Source: a virus (taxonomy: Duplodnaviria; Caudoviricetes). From it: a stretch of 64,000 bases of DNA. The stretch is from the IMG/VR virus record IMGVR_UViG_2931369376_000001, positions 16,994-80,993 of that record. One strand, written 5' to 3'. The position numbers and the translations under genes are program-made. Shown here piece by piece: positions 56,387 to 64,000 of this stretch (the stretch's first letter is position 1; each line of letters starts with the position of its first letter). The notes under the pieces were generated by a model that was not told where the DNA came from, did not search any database, and saw only the letters and a program-made list of their open reading frames with translations.

Positions 56387-56752
56387 TTACTCCTTGTTTC
56401 CGGCGGCCCTTTTTTCCTTCTCTTCCAACGCGTCCAGCGCGTCCCCCAGCAGCTGATGCAGCACCTTGATACCGCGCTCTTCAGCCATGCGGTAGTACCG
56501 GTCGTGCATTGGAACAGGGATCTTGATGTTCAGCTGCTTTTTTGGCTCTGCCGCGTTGAAGCGCTTTGTTTTCGCGGGCTGCACCGGCTTCGCCTCGCGA
56601 GAATGGAAGCCGTTATCTTGAGCTACCAGATTGATATCTTTTTCTATCTCTTTGGTAACCACAGGTACGCTTGAGGGTTTCGCCTTGAAATCCGCAAGAA
56701 TTGCGAATGCATTGGCGGCTTCTGTTGGCTCCTTGGCTTGATCTCCACTCAC
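56387..56752 (-). CDS. ParG-like RHH centromere-binding protein
   Basis: Coupled to ParA; C-terminal [17 protein letters not shown]...L.DALD RHH pattern. Confidence 0.7.
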   Translation of the reverse strand: MSGDQAKEPTEAANAFAILADFKAKPSSVPVVTKEIEKDINLVAQDNGFHSREAKPVQPAKTKRFNAAEPKKQLNIKIPVPMHDRYYRMAEERGIKVLHQLLGDALDALEEKEKRAAGNKE

Positions 56753-57444
56753 GATGCAGGCTCCTGAATAGACTTGAGTTTCACCAGCAGTTCAGCGGTC
56801 ACGGCTTCGGCGTTCACGATTGCAGTTGCAATGCCCGGCACCAGAGCTGGGTCCAGCAATTCCAGCGGACGCTGAAACTTGAACATCGATTTGTAGGCAT
56901 CACGATCCTTCAATTCTGTTTCGAACATCGGGATGTTCAAATTTTGCAGATCCTGACGCAAACCCGCCGTGTTCCGGGTTTCGTACGCAGCAGGCGTGCA
57001 AGTGAACAGGATGGAGTATGGCAGGCGGTAGTTTGGAACATGTCGACGCACTGCCAACTCTTGATCAGTTACCAGCTTGATAGCCTTACCCGCCTCTCTG
57101 GCGTCCAGATGAGAACCGCGCATAGGGATGAGCACAAAGTCAGCCTGCTGAAGCGCGTTAACCACAATCTTGGCCGCGGTTCCCTCCAGGTCGACCAAAA
57201 CAAACGGCACCTTCTCTGCGGCTTCACGGATCTTGTCGCCAATATTGTCTTCGTTGACGTCCGGCACAATCAGCAGATTTTCCGGGCAATGACCTCCGGA
57301 CGCAAAATCTTTGAGCGGATTGTTGGGGTCGGCATCAAGGAGGGCAACCTGTGCGCCCTTCTTCGCCAGTTGCAACGCCATATTGAGCATGGTGGTGGTT
57401 TTCCCTACGCCGCCCTTGGGGCTCACTGCAACCGTTGTAGGCAT
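56749..57444 (-). CDS. parA: ParA Walker ATPase (type Ib)
   Basis: [20 protein letters not shown]. 231 aa with no N-terminal HTH. Confidence 0.92.
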   Translation of the reverse strand: MPTTVAVSPKGGVGKTTTMLNMALQLAKKGAQVALLDADPNNPLKDFASGGHCPENLLIVPDVNEDNIGDKIREAAEKVPFVLVDLEGTAAKIVVNALQQADFVLIPMRGSHLDAREAGKAIKLVTDQELAVRRHVPNYRLPYSILFTCTPAAYETRNTAGLRQDLQNLNIPMFETELKDRDAYKSMFKFQRPLELLDPALVPGIATAIVNAEAVTAELLVKLKSIQEPAS

Positions 57445-57479
57445 ATCCGAAACCTCAAATATAAGAAGATAGAAAGTTT

Positions 57480-57722
57480 TATCTCTTGATACCGCAAGAT
57501 ATCACTGTATATCCATGCAAAAGAGGTATCAACGGATATCTTTAGATATCCACAAATATTATTGGTTATCTTGAGGTATCTCTTTATCCCAACTGGTACC
57601 TATTGGCACGGCTACCTGTAGGTATCTATTGGTACCTTCTTTGTAATGTGGCTGTAGCAGCCCACACAGTGGGCTTTAACCAATCCGAAAAAAAAGATAT
57701 CTCATGGTATCTCTTAGTAGCC
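57480..57722. repeat. parS-like 10-bp-period array upstream of parA
   Basis: Consecutive 10-mers aagaggtatc/aacggatatc/tttagatatc/cacaaatatt/attggttatc/ttgaggtatc, with more GRTAYC copies to 57722. AT-rich. Confidence 0.7.
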
Positions 57723-57745
57723 AACAGTAAGGCGCGGGGCAGAAT

Positions 57746-57973
57746 TCAAGCCGCTCCTTCGAACGCTGCCAGGCTCTCCAGAGCGTACTGCGCTGGGTAT
57801 GGCCAGACATGGGTTCCCGCGATCCAGTTCTTGAGCGTGGCGTGAGATACGCCTATCCGGACGGCGCAGGCGCGTTGACTCAAGCCCGTGCGCTTGATCA
57901 CCTCAGCAACGTAGGCCGCATCGGTCCTGTGTCGCGCCGCATCCGGCGCGCTGATCTTGGTTATGGTTGCCAT
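57746..57973 (-). CDS. Small XRE HTH protein
   Basis: IKRTGLSQRACAVRIGVSHATLKNWIAG. Confidence 0.75.
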   Translation of the reverse strand: MATITKISAPDAARHRTDAAYVAEVIKRTGLSQRACAVRIGVSHATLKNWIAGTHVWPYPAQYALESLAAFEGAA

Positions 57974-58007
57974 GGTGAGCCCTGGTCAGTCAGTTGGATA
58001 CGCACAA

Positions 58008-58028
58008 AGCCCGCAGAGGCGGGCTTTG
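58008..58028. terminator. Hairpin/terminator AAAGCCCGC-AGAG-GCGGGCTTT
   Basis: Perfect inverted repeat. Confidence 0.55.
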
Positions 58029-58048
58029 TGGTGTTGCGTGAGCGATCG

Positions 58049-58294
58049 CTACGCCGCAGCTTCGCCGAGAGCGATACAGTGCCCCAGGTCAACACAGCCA
58101 CTCTTGCCTTCCAACCAGATGACGGCGCTATGGCCGCCGAGTACCTGGGCTTCACTTATGGATTTGCCACGGAAGGTTTCGCCGCCACCGCGTATCTCTT
58201 CGTAAGCGACAGTGGTGCCGACGGGATTGGCGGCGTTCCAGGTATCGCAATGCTTTTGCAACTGAGCCGGGGAAGGGCGTTTGGATGCAGACAT
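58049..58294 (-). CDS. Phage hypothetical protein
   Basis: AAGGAG RBS; WNAANPVGT.V..LGGHSAVIWLEGKSGCV. Confidence 0.65.
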   Translation of the reverse strand: MSASKRPSPAQLQKHCDTWNAANPVGTTVAYEEIRGGGETFRGKSISEAQVLGGHSAVIWLEGKSGCVDLGHCIALGEAAA

Positions 58295-58559
58295 GGGTCA
58301 ATCTCCTTGTGTTGGTACTGGCAAAGCCCCGTGAGGGGCTAGGGGTAAGCGGATCGTTCAACCGCGACGCTTGTTCAGTCGCGCTTCGCTCATGTGATAC
58401 CTCTGCATCCCGCGGTTACGCCGGGCTTCTTCTGGATATCCGGCCTTGCAATGCCTCACGGCCAAAGCTGAATAGCAGCGCGCAAGGCTCACCTCTTGTT
58501 GCACTGTCGTTTGCATTTTTCTCACTCCAGTTGTGCCCGGAGAACCGGGCGGTGTTGAT

Positions 58560-59324
58560 TCAGGCGACCAGCTCGACCAGGGGAATACGGCTCATATGCA
58601 TGGTGTAACCGGTGCGTTTCTCCAAGGCGTCATACTGAGCAAGCAACCCAGGATGATGTCTACCGCCGTTCCTCAAGTCCCCCTTGTTGGCCATCATGCA
58701 GAACACACAGCTGAGTCGGTCGTTACCCTCGGCGTAGGCGTAGTGAGGCTTCTGGCCAGCCTGCTCGATGATTCCGAAAATTTCCGCCTTCGTCAGCTCG
58801 TGGACAGGGAGCCATTCATACCAGGTGCTAACCGAATTGCTTATCCCCATCAGGCTGAAGTCCTTTCGTTTGGCCCGACCTGGCGACTCCTGGGCGCGTA
58901 ACCCCAGGCAGTTAACAATCACCTTGTAGCCATTGGCCTTGGCATAACGCCGCACTTCACGCTGTATCGGGCCACGCTTGAGATCGCTCGTGCACTGCCG
59001 GGTTGAGGCTGACGGCCAGCTTGGTACCTCAGGACGCCCCTCAAACCGGCGCTGGACCATTTCCAGCAGCGTTTTGGTTGCGGTAGCCACGATAAACGGA
59101 AGCCCCGCGGCTGTCGCTTGATCCCGCGCCAGCTCCATCGCCCCGGGCCACTCCATAGCGCCAAGCGAGGCATGCACCACGATCATCTGCGCTGCTGGTA
59201 CGCGCTCAAGCAGGCGAATGAGCTGCGCTTGGGAATCCTTGCCGCCCGAATGGTTCGCTACAAAAAGCGCTCCGGCTGAAATCAGGGCATCGATGTTGCC
59301 AGTGGCGGTGTGGATCTTCGTCAT
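58560..59324 (-). CDS. PAPS-reductase-family protein
   Basis: SGGKDS (PP-loop), GLRAQES.GRA, RLSCVFC. Confidence 0.85.
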   Translation of the reverse strand: MTKIHTATGNIDALISAGALFVANHSGGKDSQAQLIRLLERVPAAQMIVVHASLGAMEWPGAMELARDQATAAGLPFIVATATKTLLEMVQRRFEGRPEVPSWPSASTRQCTSDLKRGPIQREVRRYAKANGYKVIVNCLGLRAQESPGRAKRKDFSLMGISNSVSTWYEWLPVHELTKAEIFGIIEQAGQKPHYAYAEGNDRLSCVFCMMANKGDLRNGGRHHPGLLAQYDALEKRTGYTMHMSRIPLVELVA

Positions 59325-59397
59325 AGCGGGATCTTCCTGCTGAGGTTTGTTACTGGCGAAGCCCCAATAGAGGGGCCTGAGGGGAGGGCGAGCGGGA

Positions 59398-59619
59398 TTA
59401 GTGGTTGGTCACTTTCAACAGAGTTATATCGCTACGGCCTATCACCGCGGCGGCATACATTGCGCGCGCTTCGGCTTCGGTGTGAGTGGTGAATCGCAGA
59501 AAATCGCGAAGGTTGGTTTTGGTTACGTAATGGAAAAAATAGGAAGTCATTTCGTCGTCATGCTCGATGGCCCGTTTCAATGGGGTCACTTTACGGGCCA
59601 GATTCTGGCCCGTCAACAC
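59398..59619 (-). CDS. Small hypothetical protein (true start may be internal)
   Basis: First ORF of the accessory islet. Confidence 0.4.
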   Translation of the reverse strand: MLTGQNLARKVTPLKRAIEHDDEMTSYFFHYVTKTNLRDFLRFTTHTEAEARAMYAAAVIGRSDITLLKVTNH

Positions 59620-59681
59620 TATTATGATTTATCATCAAAACATAACAGGTGTCCGTCGAAGACTCTTTGCCCCAAACGTGA

Positions 59682-59703
59682 AAAAGCCCGCGCTAGGCGG
59701 GCT
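59682..59703 (-). terminator. Terminator AGCCCGC/GCGGGCT followed by U-tract
   Basis: Inverted repeat. Confidence 0.6.
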
Positions 59704-59704
59704 C

Positions 59705-59758
59705 TATCAAAGGATATCTTTAGATACCTTTTAGTATCCTTCAGTATCTTTAGGTAGC
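59705..59758. repeat. Second parS-like 10-bp array
   Basis: ggatatcttt agatacct ttagtatcct tcagtatctt taggtagc; GGATATCTTTAGATA is shared with 57535-57549. Confidence 0.65.
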
Positions 59759-59768
59759 ATAAACGCAC

Positions 59769-59903
59769 TCATGTGGGCAGGCAGCGACTTTCCTCCCAGT
59801 GCTGGCGGCCAGCGCGATCGCACTCTGCTGTAGCCATCTGACATTGCAGCACCATGGCCAACAGCGCCCCCCACATCACTCGCTTCATGAGCTTCTGGTT
59901 CAT
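59769..59903 (-). CDS. 44-aa putative secreted peptide
   Basis: My translation is MNQKLMKRVMWGALLAMVLQCQMATAECDRAGRQHWEESRCLPT. GGAGG lies 10 nt upstream, inside the darA end. Confidence 0.45.
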   Translation of the reverse strand: MNQKLMKRVMWGALLAMVLQCQMATAECDRAGRQHWEESRCLPT

Positions 59904-59905
59904 GT

Positions 59906-62900
59906 TCAGAAGGCCTCCGCCGTGGCTTTCAGTGCGTGCTGGCTGTAGGCCTCAGCTGCATCAGCGAACAAGCCGCTAAGCTCGCCCTCGCCGAAGGCCG
60001 CATAGATGCGCTCCAGTTCCTTCATGACGCCATCCGGGTCGCCCAGGTCGGCGGAGCCGTCAATGATGCTGTCCAGGTAAGCTTTGGCAGTCTGCAAGGC
60101 GGTTTCCTCCTCGTCAGGGTTCGCCTGGTCAACGGCTTGTGCCGCTGGCTGGCTGAAGAGGTCATTTTGCTCGATGGCGAACACACCTTCACCAAATTCC
60201 TTTTCCAGCTCGGCATTGGCAGCCTTCACGATATCGGCAAAGCGGGCGGGCTCATCACCAAACAGGCCGGCGGTTTGCTTACGCCGGGCTTCCGACTCAA
60301 CGAACTGAGCCATGGCTTTGAATGCAGCACCGAGGCGCTTGGCGCTGCGGTTGTTCTTGCTGATGAACATCGCCATCGCAGCAACCGACGGATCAACATC
60401 ACCGAACATGTCACCTTGGCGAAGGAACTCGTCCAGGCCCAGGCCGCTTTCTTTGGCTTTGCGCAGCACGTTGGTCGCGCTGATGATCGCGTTAACCGCC
60501 TCTTGGTCCAGGGATAGCTCCAGGGAGTCCGTGACCTTCTCGCCGGCGGCCTCTGCGCCAGCCAGGTCCAATTCCTTCGCTCGCATGAAATCAGGCGCCG
60601 CCATGTTCAGCGCGCTGACGATGTTGGCAATCTCCGGCTTGCTGGAATCAGCGGTTAGCTCCAGCAGACGATCATCCGAATAGGCGCCAGCGAAGAGGGC
60701 GGCCTGCACCCGACTGATCAAACTGGCCGTAGGGCGACCGTCAGTGGTCATGTATTGCGCCGCTTCAGCATCACCCAGGCTTTGCAGGAACGCACTCACA
60801 AAGTCGCGGTTCCCGGCGCTGGTAAGGTCACCGTCGACCAATTTCGCCATCATGGCCGCGTCAAGGCGTTTGGCATCGCTGCGAGCCTTCTCGGTGGCGG
60901 TCATGGCCAGCTTGTCGTCTTGGTTGGCCTCTACGGCGAACTCCGCGCGGTCAACGGAGCTAACGCGCACACGGACCAGGACCGGGGCTTTCATGCTCTC
61001 GATCCTCGAGGCGCTGACCTGGAAGTACTCCGCATTTTCCAGCAGCCACTGGCGGTATTCCTCGGCCTGGCCGATGCGATACGCCTCACGGATGGCCATG
61101 GCGCGACCGTTGCCGGACTCCACTACACGGTCTTTACCAACGATAGGCGCGCCGCTGTCGGCCCGGTTCGTGCGCCCCAGGCTGTCCGGGTCAAGATTGC
61201 GGGCCGTCTTCTGCACCCAGGCCTGCGACGTCGCACGCGCTCGGTCACGCGGTTGTAGTTCGCTCGGGTAGTCCGGGTTGGCCGTACCGTCGGATTCATG
61301 GCTGATGATCAGGTTCTTCGCGTCAATCACCTTGAAGCCGGTGACCACCTTGGTTCCTTTGGCAGTTTTTACGGTGTTCTCGCGCCCCTCGGGCTCGATC
61401 TCGCCCAAGTCGTCATCAACGGCTGTGTTTTCCTGCTGCGCAGCGCTGGCGGCCTCCTGGGCGCCTTCCTCGCTAGACTTGTCCAGCTCACGCAGGCCGA
61501 AACCGTCCACCTTGGCTTTCGCGGCGCGCACCAGGTCACGACCTACACCGGCTAGAATCTCGTCTTTGGTACCACTTCCGGCCAGGCTGAAGCCGGCTTT
61601 GAGCACCAGCTCGCGCAGAGCATCAACGTCGTCGACCGCATCCAGCACCCCCAGTGCGCCCATGACGTTACCCGCCACCAGCGCCGCGGTCAGCTTCTCC
61701 AGGTCGGTGCGATTATCACGCAAGGCCGGGTCATCACCCAGCATATCGGGCTGGGCATCGCCTGTTGCCGCTTGGAAGATGGTTTGTGTTGCCGCCTCAA
61801 TCGAGACGCCAGCCTGGTACTGAGCATCCGCGAGCCCTTGCTGCGCCTCGACAACGCCAGCCGCATCGCCGTAGTCGACACCCAGCAAGTCAGCCACCCC
61901 CTGGGTCACCCCTTCATCCCAAGTGGTGCGATCGATCTGCGACACAGGTTGATTGTCCTGGTTCTCTTCGCCGGCAGATTGCTGCGCTTCCAAGCTGCGC
62001 AACATTTCGGACACGTTCGCCAGGTAGTTGCTGGCGTTGACTGAGGCCATAATCCCACCGCTATCGAGCGCAGCCTGCGTTTCGGCAATAGCGTTGGTCA
62101 GCCACTCCATGGCGCTCTTCTTGGTACCACCCTTGCCGACGATCGAACGACCGGATTTTTTGCCCGTGCGCACAGCGTCGAGACTCGCCCTGTAATCGGC
62201 CAACTGCCCGGTGAGGTATTCAATGGTGAAGCCCTTCCGGTCGCCGCTCGCCACCTGCGCCATGAACTCTTCTTGCGTCAGCGGTGCGCCACCCAAAGCC
62301 TTGATTTTCTCTACTACCTCAGCCGCTTTCGCCAGGTACTGCTGAGCGTAGTCATTTGCCTTCGCGGGAACGTCCTCAGCGTCGGTATCCGGTTCTGCAA
62401 CTGAAACCGGCAACTTGGCGACCTTGCTCTGCAACTCCGCGAGCTGCTCATCAAGCCCCTGCAACTCAGCCGCTTTGTTCTGCACCTCGGCTTTCAGGGC
62501 TTCGATTTTCGCCGCGCTCTCGGCGCTGGCGCCGCTGGCCTTGATGAACTTGGCGCTGTTCTTCTCAACCAGGGTCATGATGCGGCGGGCCACCTGGCGC
62601 GGGCTGATGTCTTGCCCACGCTCGGGCGCCACCACCAGGGTGATGTCCTTCTTGTTCAGCACCCATTTCCAGCTGATCAGCTCGTCGGTAGACGTGAGCC
62701 GGTTGGGCGTGCTGTCTGGATTGTGAAAGAACACCGAAACGCTCTGGCCATCGCTCATTGTGAACAGCATGGCCACCTGGGTAGTGCCTCGGTTCTTGAA
62801 GGGCTTACTGACCTCCACGCCGTCGACCTTGACGGTTGCGGCGGCGGCCTGCATCACGCGCAACAGCTGGCTGGCCTTGCGGTCAAACTGCGCATACTCG

Positions 62901-63613
62901 ATGACCATCGCGTCCAGCATGTTCCCGTCACTCAGCAACTCAGTGATATCGGCCATGCTCGCACTGTCCAGCAACAGCTTTTCAGGGTCGCCGCGGCGCA
63001 GGCCATACAGCACCTCGCCCAACGTCATGCCAACGGGCAGGTTGTCTTCGCCCCAGGCCACAACAGCGCCGGTCATAGGTTTCACCTCATCTTGGATCAA
63101 GTCGGCGGCCTCAAGGGGCCGGGTAAGGTCGCCTGACTTGAGCCAGGCCTTGAACTGCTTCACAGAGCACGTCACGTAGCTGCCAAGCCCTTTCCAGCCC
63201 TGTTCGTAGCTGTTGCGGTACGCCAGGATGGCGCTGTCGACGTCATGAAAGCCCATCACCGCCTTGTGCTCATCGAAAGAGCGATCCTTCTTCACCTGGT
63301 TCACCACAACCACCAGCGTGCTTTCCGGGACCGGCCCCACGTACACATCGAAGGCGTCACCGTCGGCGCCGTTGTAGCCGTTGAGGTAGCCGTAGTTCGC
63401 CATGCAGACAATCGACCAAGGCTCTCCATCCGCCTTGCCGGTGCGCGGCGTGAACATGGGGGTTTCGATAGTGATGGCCAGGCCGTGAAGGCGCAGGCTG
63501 CCTTTCTGATAGTTGCCTGCCCGTACTTGGGCGGCAGTTGGCGCACGCTTATTGCCCAGGCCAAACGCACCGCTATGCGCGGCGGCGGTCAACGTTGCAT
63601 AGGGATCAGTCAT
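59906..63613 (-). CDS. darA: DarA-like fusion: InPase-like + DarA-N + ddrB-ParB + DarA-C
   Basis: YGY..G..GADGD..DVYVG..DEHK.V.G (InPase-like); SDGQSVSVFFHNPD..WKWVLNKKDIT..APE.G.D (DarA-N); LQPRDR.R..GAPIV..VESGNGR (ddrB-ParB); helical DarA-C end. Confidence 0.85.
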   Translation of the reverse strand: MTDPYATLTAAAHSGAFGLGNKRAPTAAQVRAGNYQKGSLRLHGLAITIETPMFTPRTGKADGEPWSIVCMANYGYLNGYNGADGDAFDVYVGPVPESTLVVVVNQVKKDRSFDEHKAVMGFHDVDSAILAYRNSYEQGWKGLGSYVTCSVKQFKAWLKSGDLTRPLEAADLIQDEVKPMTGAVVAWGEDNLPVGMTLGEVLYGLRRGDPEKLLLDSASMADITELLSDGNMLDAMVIEYAQFDRKASQLLRVMQAAAATVKVDGVEVSKPFKNRGTTQVAMLFTMSDGQSVSVFFHNPDSTPNRLTSTDELISWKWVLNKKDITLVVAPERGQDISPRQVARRIMTLVEKNSAKFIKASGASAESAAKIEALKAEVQNKAAELQGLDEQLAELQSKVAKLPVSVAEPDTDAEDVPAKANDYAQQYLAKAAEVVEKIKALGGAPLTQEEFMAQVASGDRKGFTIEYLTGQLADYRASLDAVRTGKKSGRSIVGKGGTKKSAMEWLTNAIAETQAALDSGGIMASVNASNYLANVSEMLRSLEAQQSAGEENQDNQPVSQIDRTTWDEGVTQGVADLLGVDYGDAAGVVEAQQGLADAQYQAGVSIEAATQTIFQAATGDAQPDMLGDDPALRDNRTDLEKLTAALVAGNVMGALGVLDAVDDVDALRELVLKAGFSLAGSGTKDEILAGVGRDLVRAAKAKVDGFGLRELDKSSEEGAQEAASAAQQENTAVDDDLGEIEPEGRENTVKTAKGTKVVTGFKVIDAKNLIISHESDGTANPDYPSELQPRDRARATSQAWVQKTARNLDPDSLGRTNRADSGAPIVGKDRVVESGNGRAMAIREAYRIGQAEEYRQWLLENAEYFQVSASRIESMKAPVLVRVRVSSVDRAEFAVEANQDDKLAMTATEKARSDAKRLDAAMMAKLVDGDLTSAGNRDFVSAFLQSLGDAEAAQYMTTDGRPTASLISRVQAALFAGAYSDDRLLELTADSSKPEIANIVSALNMAAPDFMRAKELDLAGAEAAGEKVTDSLELSLDQEAVNAIISATNVLRKAKESGLGLDEFLRQGDMFGDVDPSVAAMAMFISKNNRSAKRLGAAFKAMAQFVESEARRKQTAGLFGDEPARFADIVKAANAELEKEFGEGVFAIEQNDLFSQPAAQAVDQANPDEEETALQTAKAYLDSIIDGSADLGDPDGVMKELERIYAAFGEGELSGLFADAAEAYSQHALKATAEAF

Positions 63614-63745
63614 TTACGGGGCTCCGCTGGAAAGCCTCACAATACCTCGGCACCAAACGCCCACCAGGCGCAGGTTTTCACGATCTCCAGACGCAGAAAA
63701 GGCGCCTTTTGGCGCCTTCCTGGAACAACGGTGAGCTTGTGGACT

Positions 63746-63925
63746 TCAACCGCGCTTAAACGCCGGTTCGCGCGCCGCATCGATCAAGTCGCCCACGATC
63801 TTCGATTGCGTTACGTCATCCTCGATCGCCAGCAGCCTGACCTTCTCTTTCTGAGCGCTTGTCAGATAGAACGCCATCCGTTCCTTTTCTTCTTTCTGGT
63901 CTTCGGCGCTCGGTCGCTTTGCCAT
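63746..63925 (-). CDS. CopG/RHH small DNA-binding protein
   Basis: ERMAFYLTSAQKEKVRLLAIEDDVTQSKIVGDLID. Confidence 0.65.
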   Translation of the reverse strand: MAKRPSAEDQKEEKERMAFYLTSAQKEKVRLLAIEDDVTQSKIVGDLIDAAREPAFKRG

Positions 63926-64000
63926 GTGAGGATCTGCCCGCTGTGGATATGATGCCATTATGATAAAGCAATTTACGGCTAAAGCGAAATGAGCACGAAA

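Larger units (their letters stand above)
1..64000. mobile_element. P1-like phage-plasmid (myovirus) genome segment
   Basis: Portal, Pro, capsid, sheath, tube, DarA, Ref, RdgC, DNA methylase, ParA and lysis genes are all present, matching the P1 gene repertoire. No host housekeeping genes were seen. Confidence 0.88.

Noticed and set aside
57505-57520. SOS box upstream of parA (CTGTATATCCATGCAA)
   Set aside because: The right half-site is CAA rather than CAG, and the sequence is explained by the par repeat array.
58360-58520. Possible frameshifted small ORF (MQTTVQQEV...)
   Set aside because: It is too short with no recognisable family to support a pseudogene call.
1-64000. CRISPR array, tRNA, rRNA or IS element
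   Set aside because: I found no repeat-spacer periodicity, cloverleaf with T-loop, transposase or terminal inverted repeats.

Overview
This window is about 64 kb of a P1-like myovirus phage-plasmid. A GC-rich, gammaproteobacterial host is likely (LexA boxes are present), probably Pseudomonas, but this is inferred. Almost all genes are on the minus strand. From the left it holds: tape measure with a GH19 domain, prohead protease and portal; a terS...terL packaging operon; a long early accessory region (C5 DNA methyltransferase, NdpA, Ref nuclease, replication initiator); a short rightward RdgC/integrase block; a lysis cassette; tail tube, sheath and major capsid genes; Dar-like virion cargo proteins; and a ParA/ribbon-helix-helix partition module with 10-bp-period centromere-like arrays. 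Four observations stand out. (1) Two intact but catalytically degenerate paralogs of the element's own large terminase, one per domain (ATPase and nuclease), sit between terS and terL and are candidate decoys or packaging modulators. (2) An unannotated tisB/istR-like type I toxin-antitoxin candidate consists of a 32-aa peptide and a divergent ~87-nt sRNA carrying a perfect 20-nt antisense match to the peptide's leader. (3) Three regulatory motif families can be read directly: a 12-bp operator, a bipartite early promoter and a late promoter with fixed 30-nt spacing. (4) A shared N-terminal leader and recurring (M/L)LD-S motifs mark likely virion cargo and protease sites. All homology calls come from motif recognition, not database searches.
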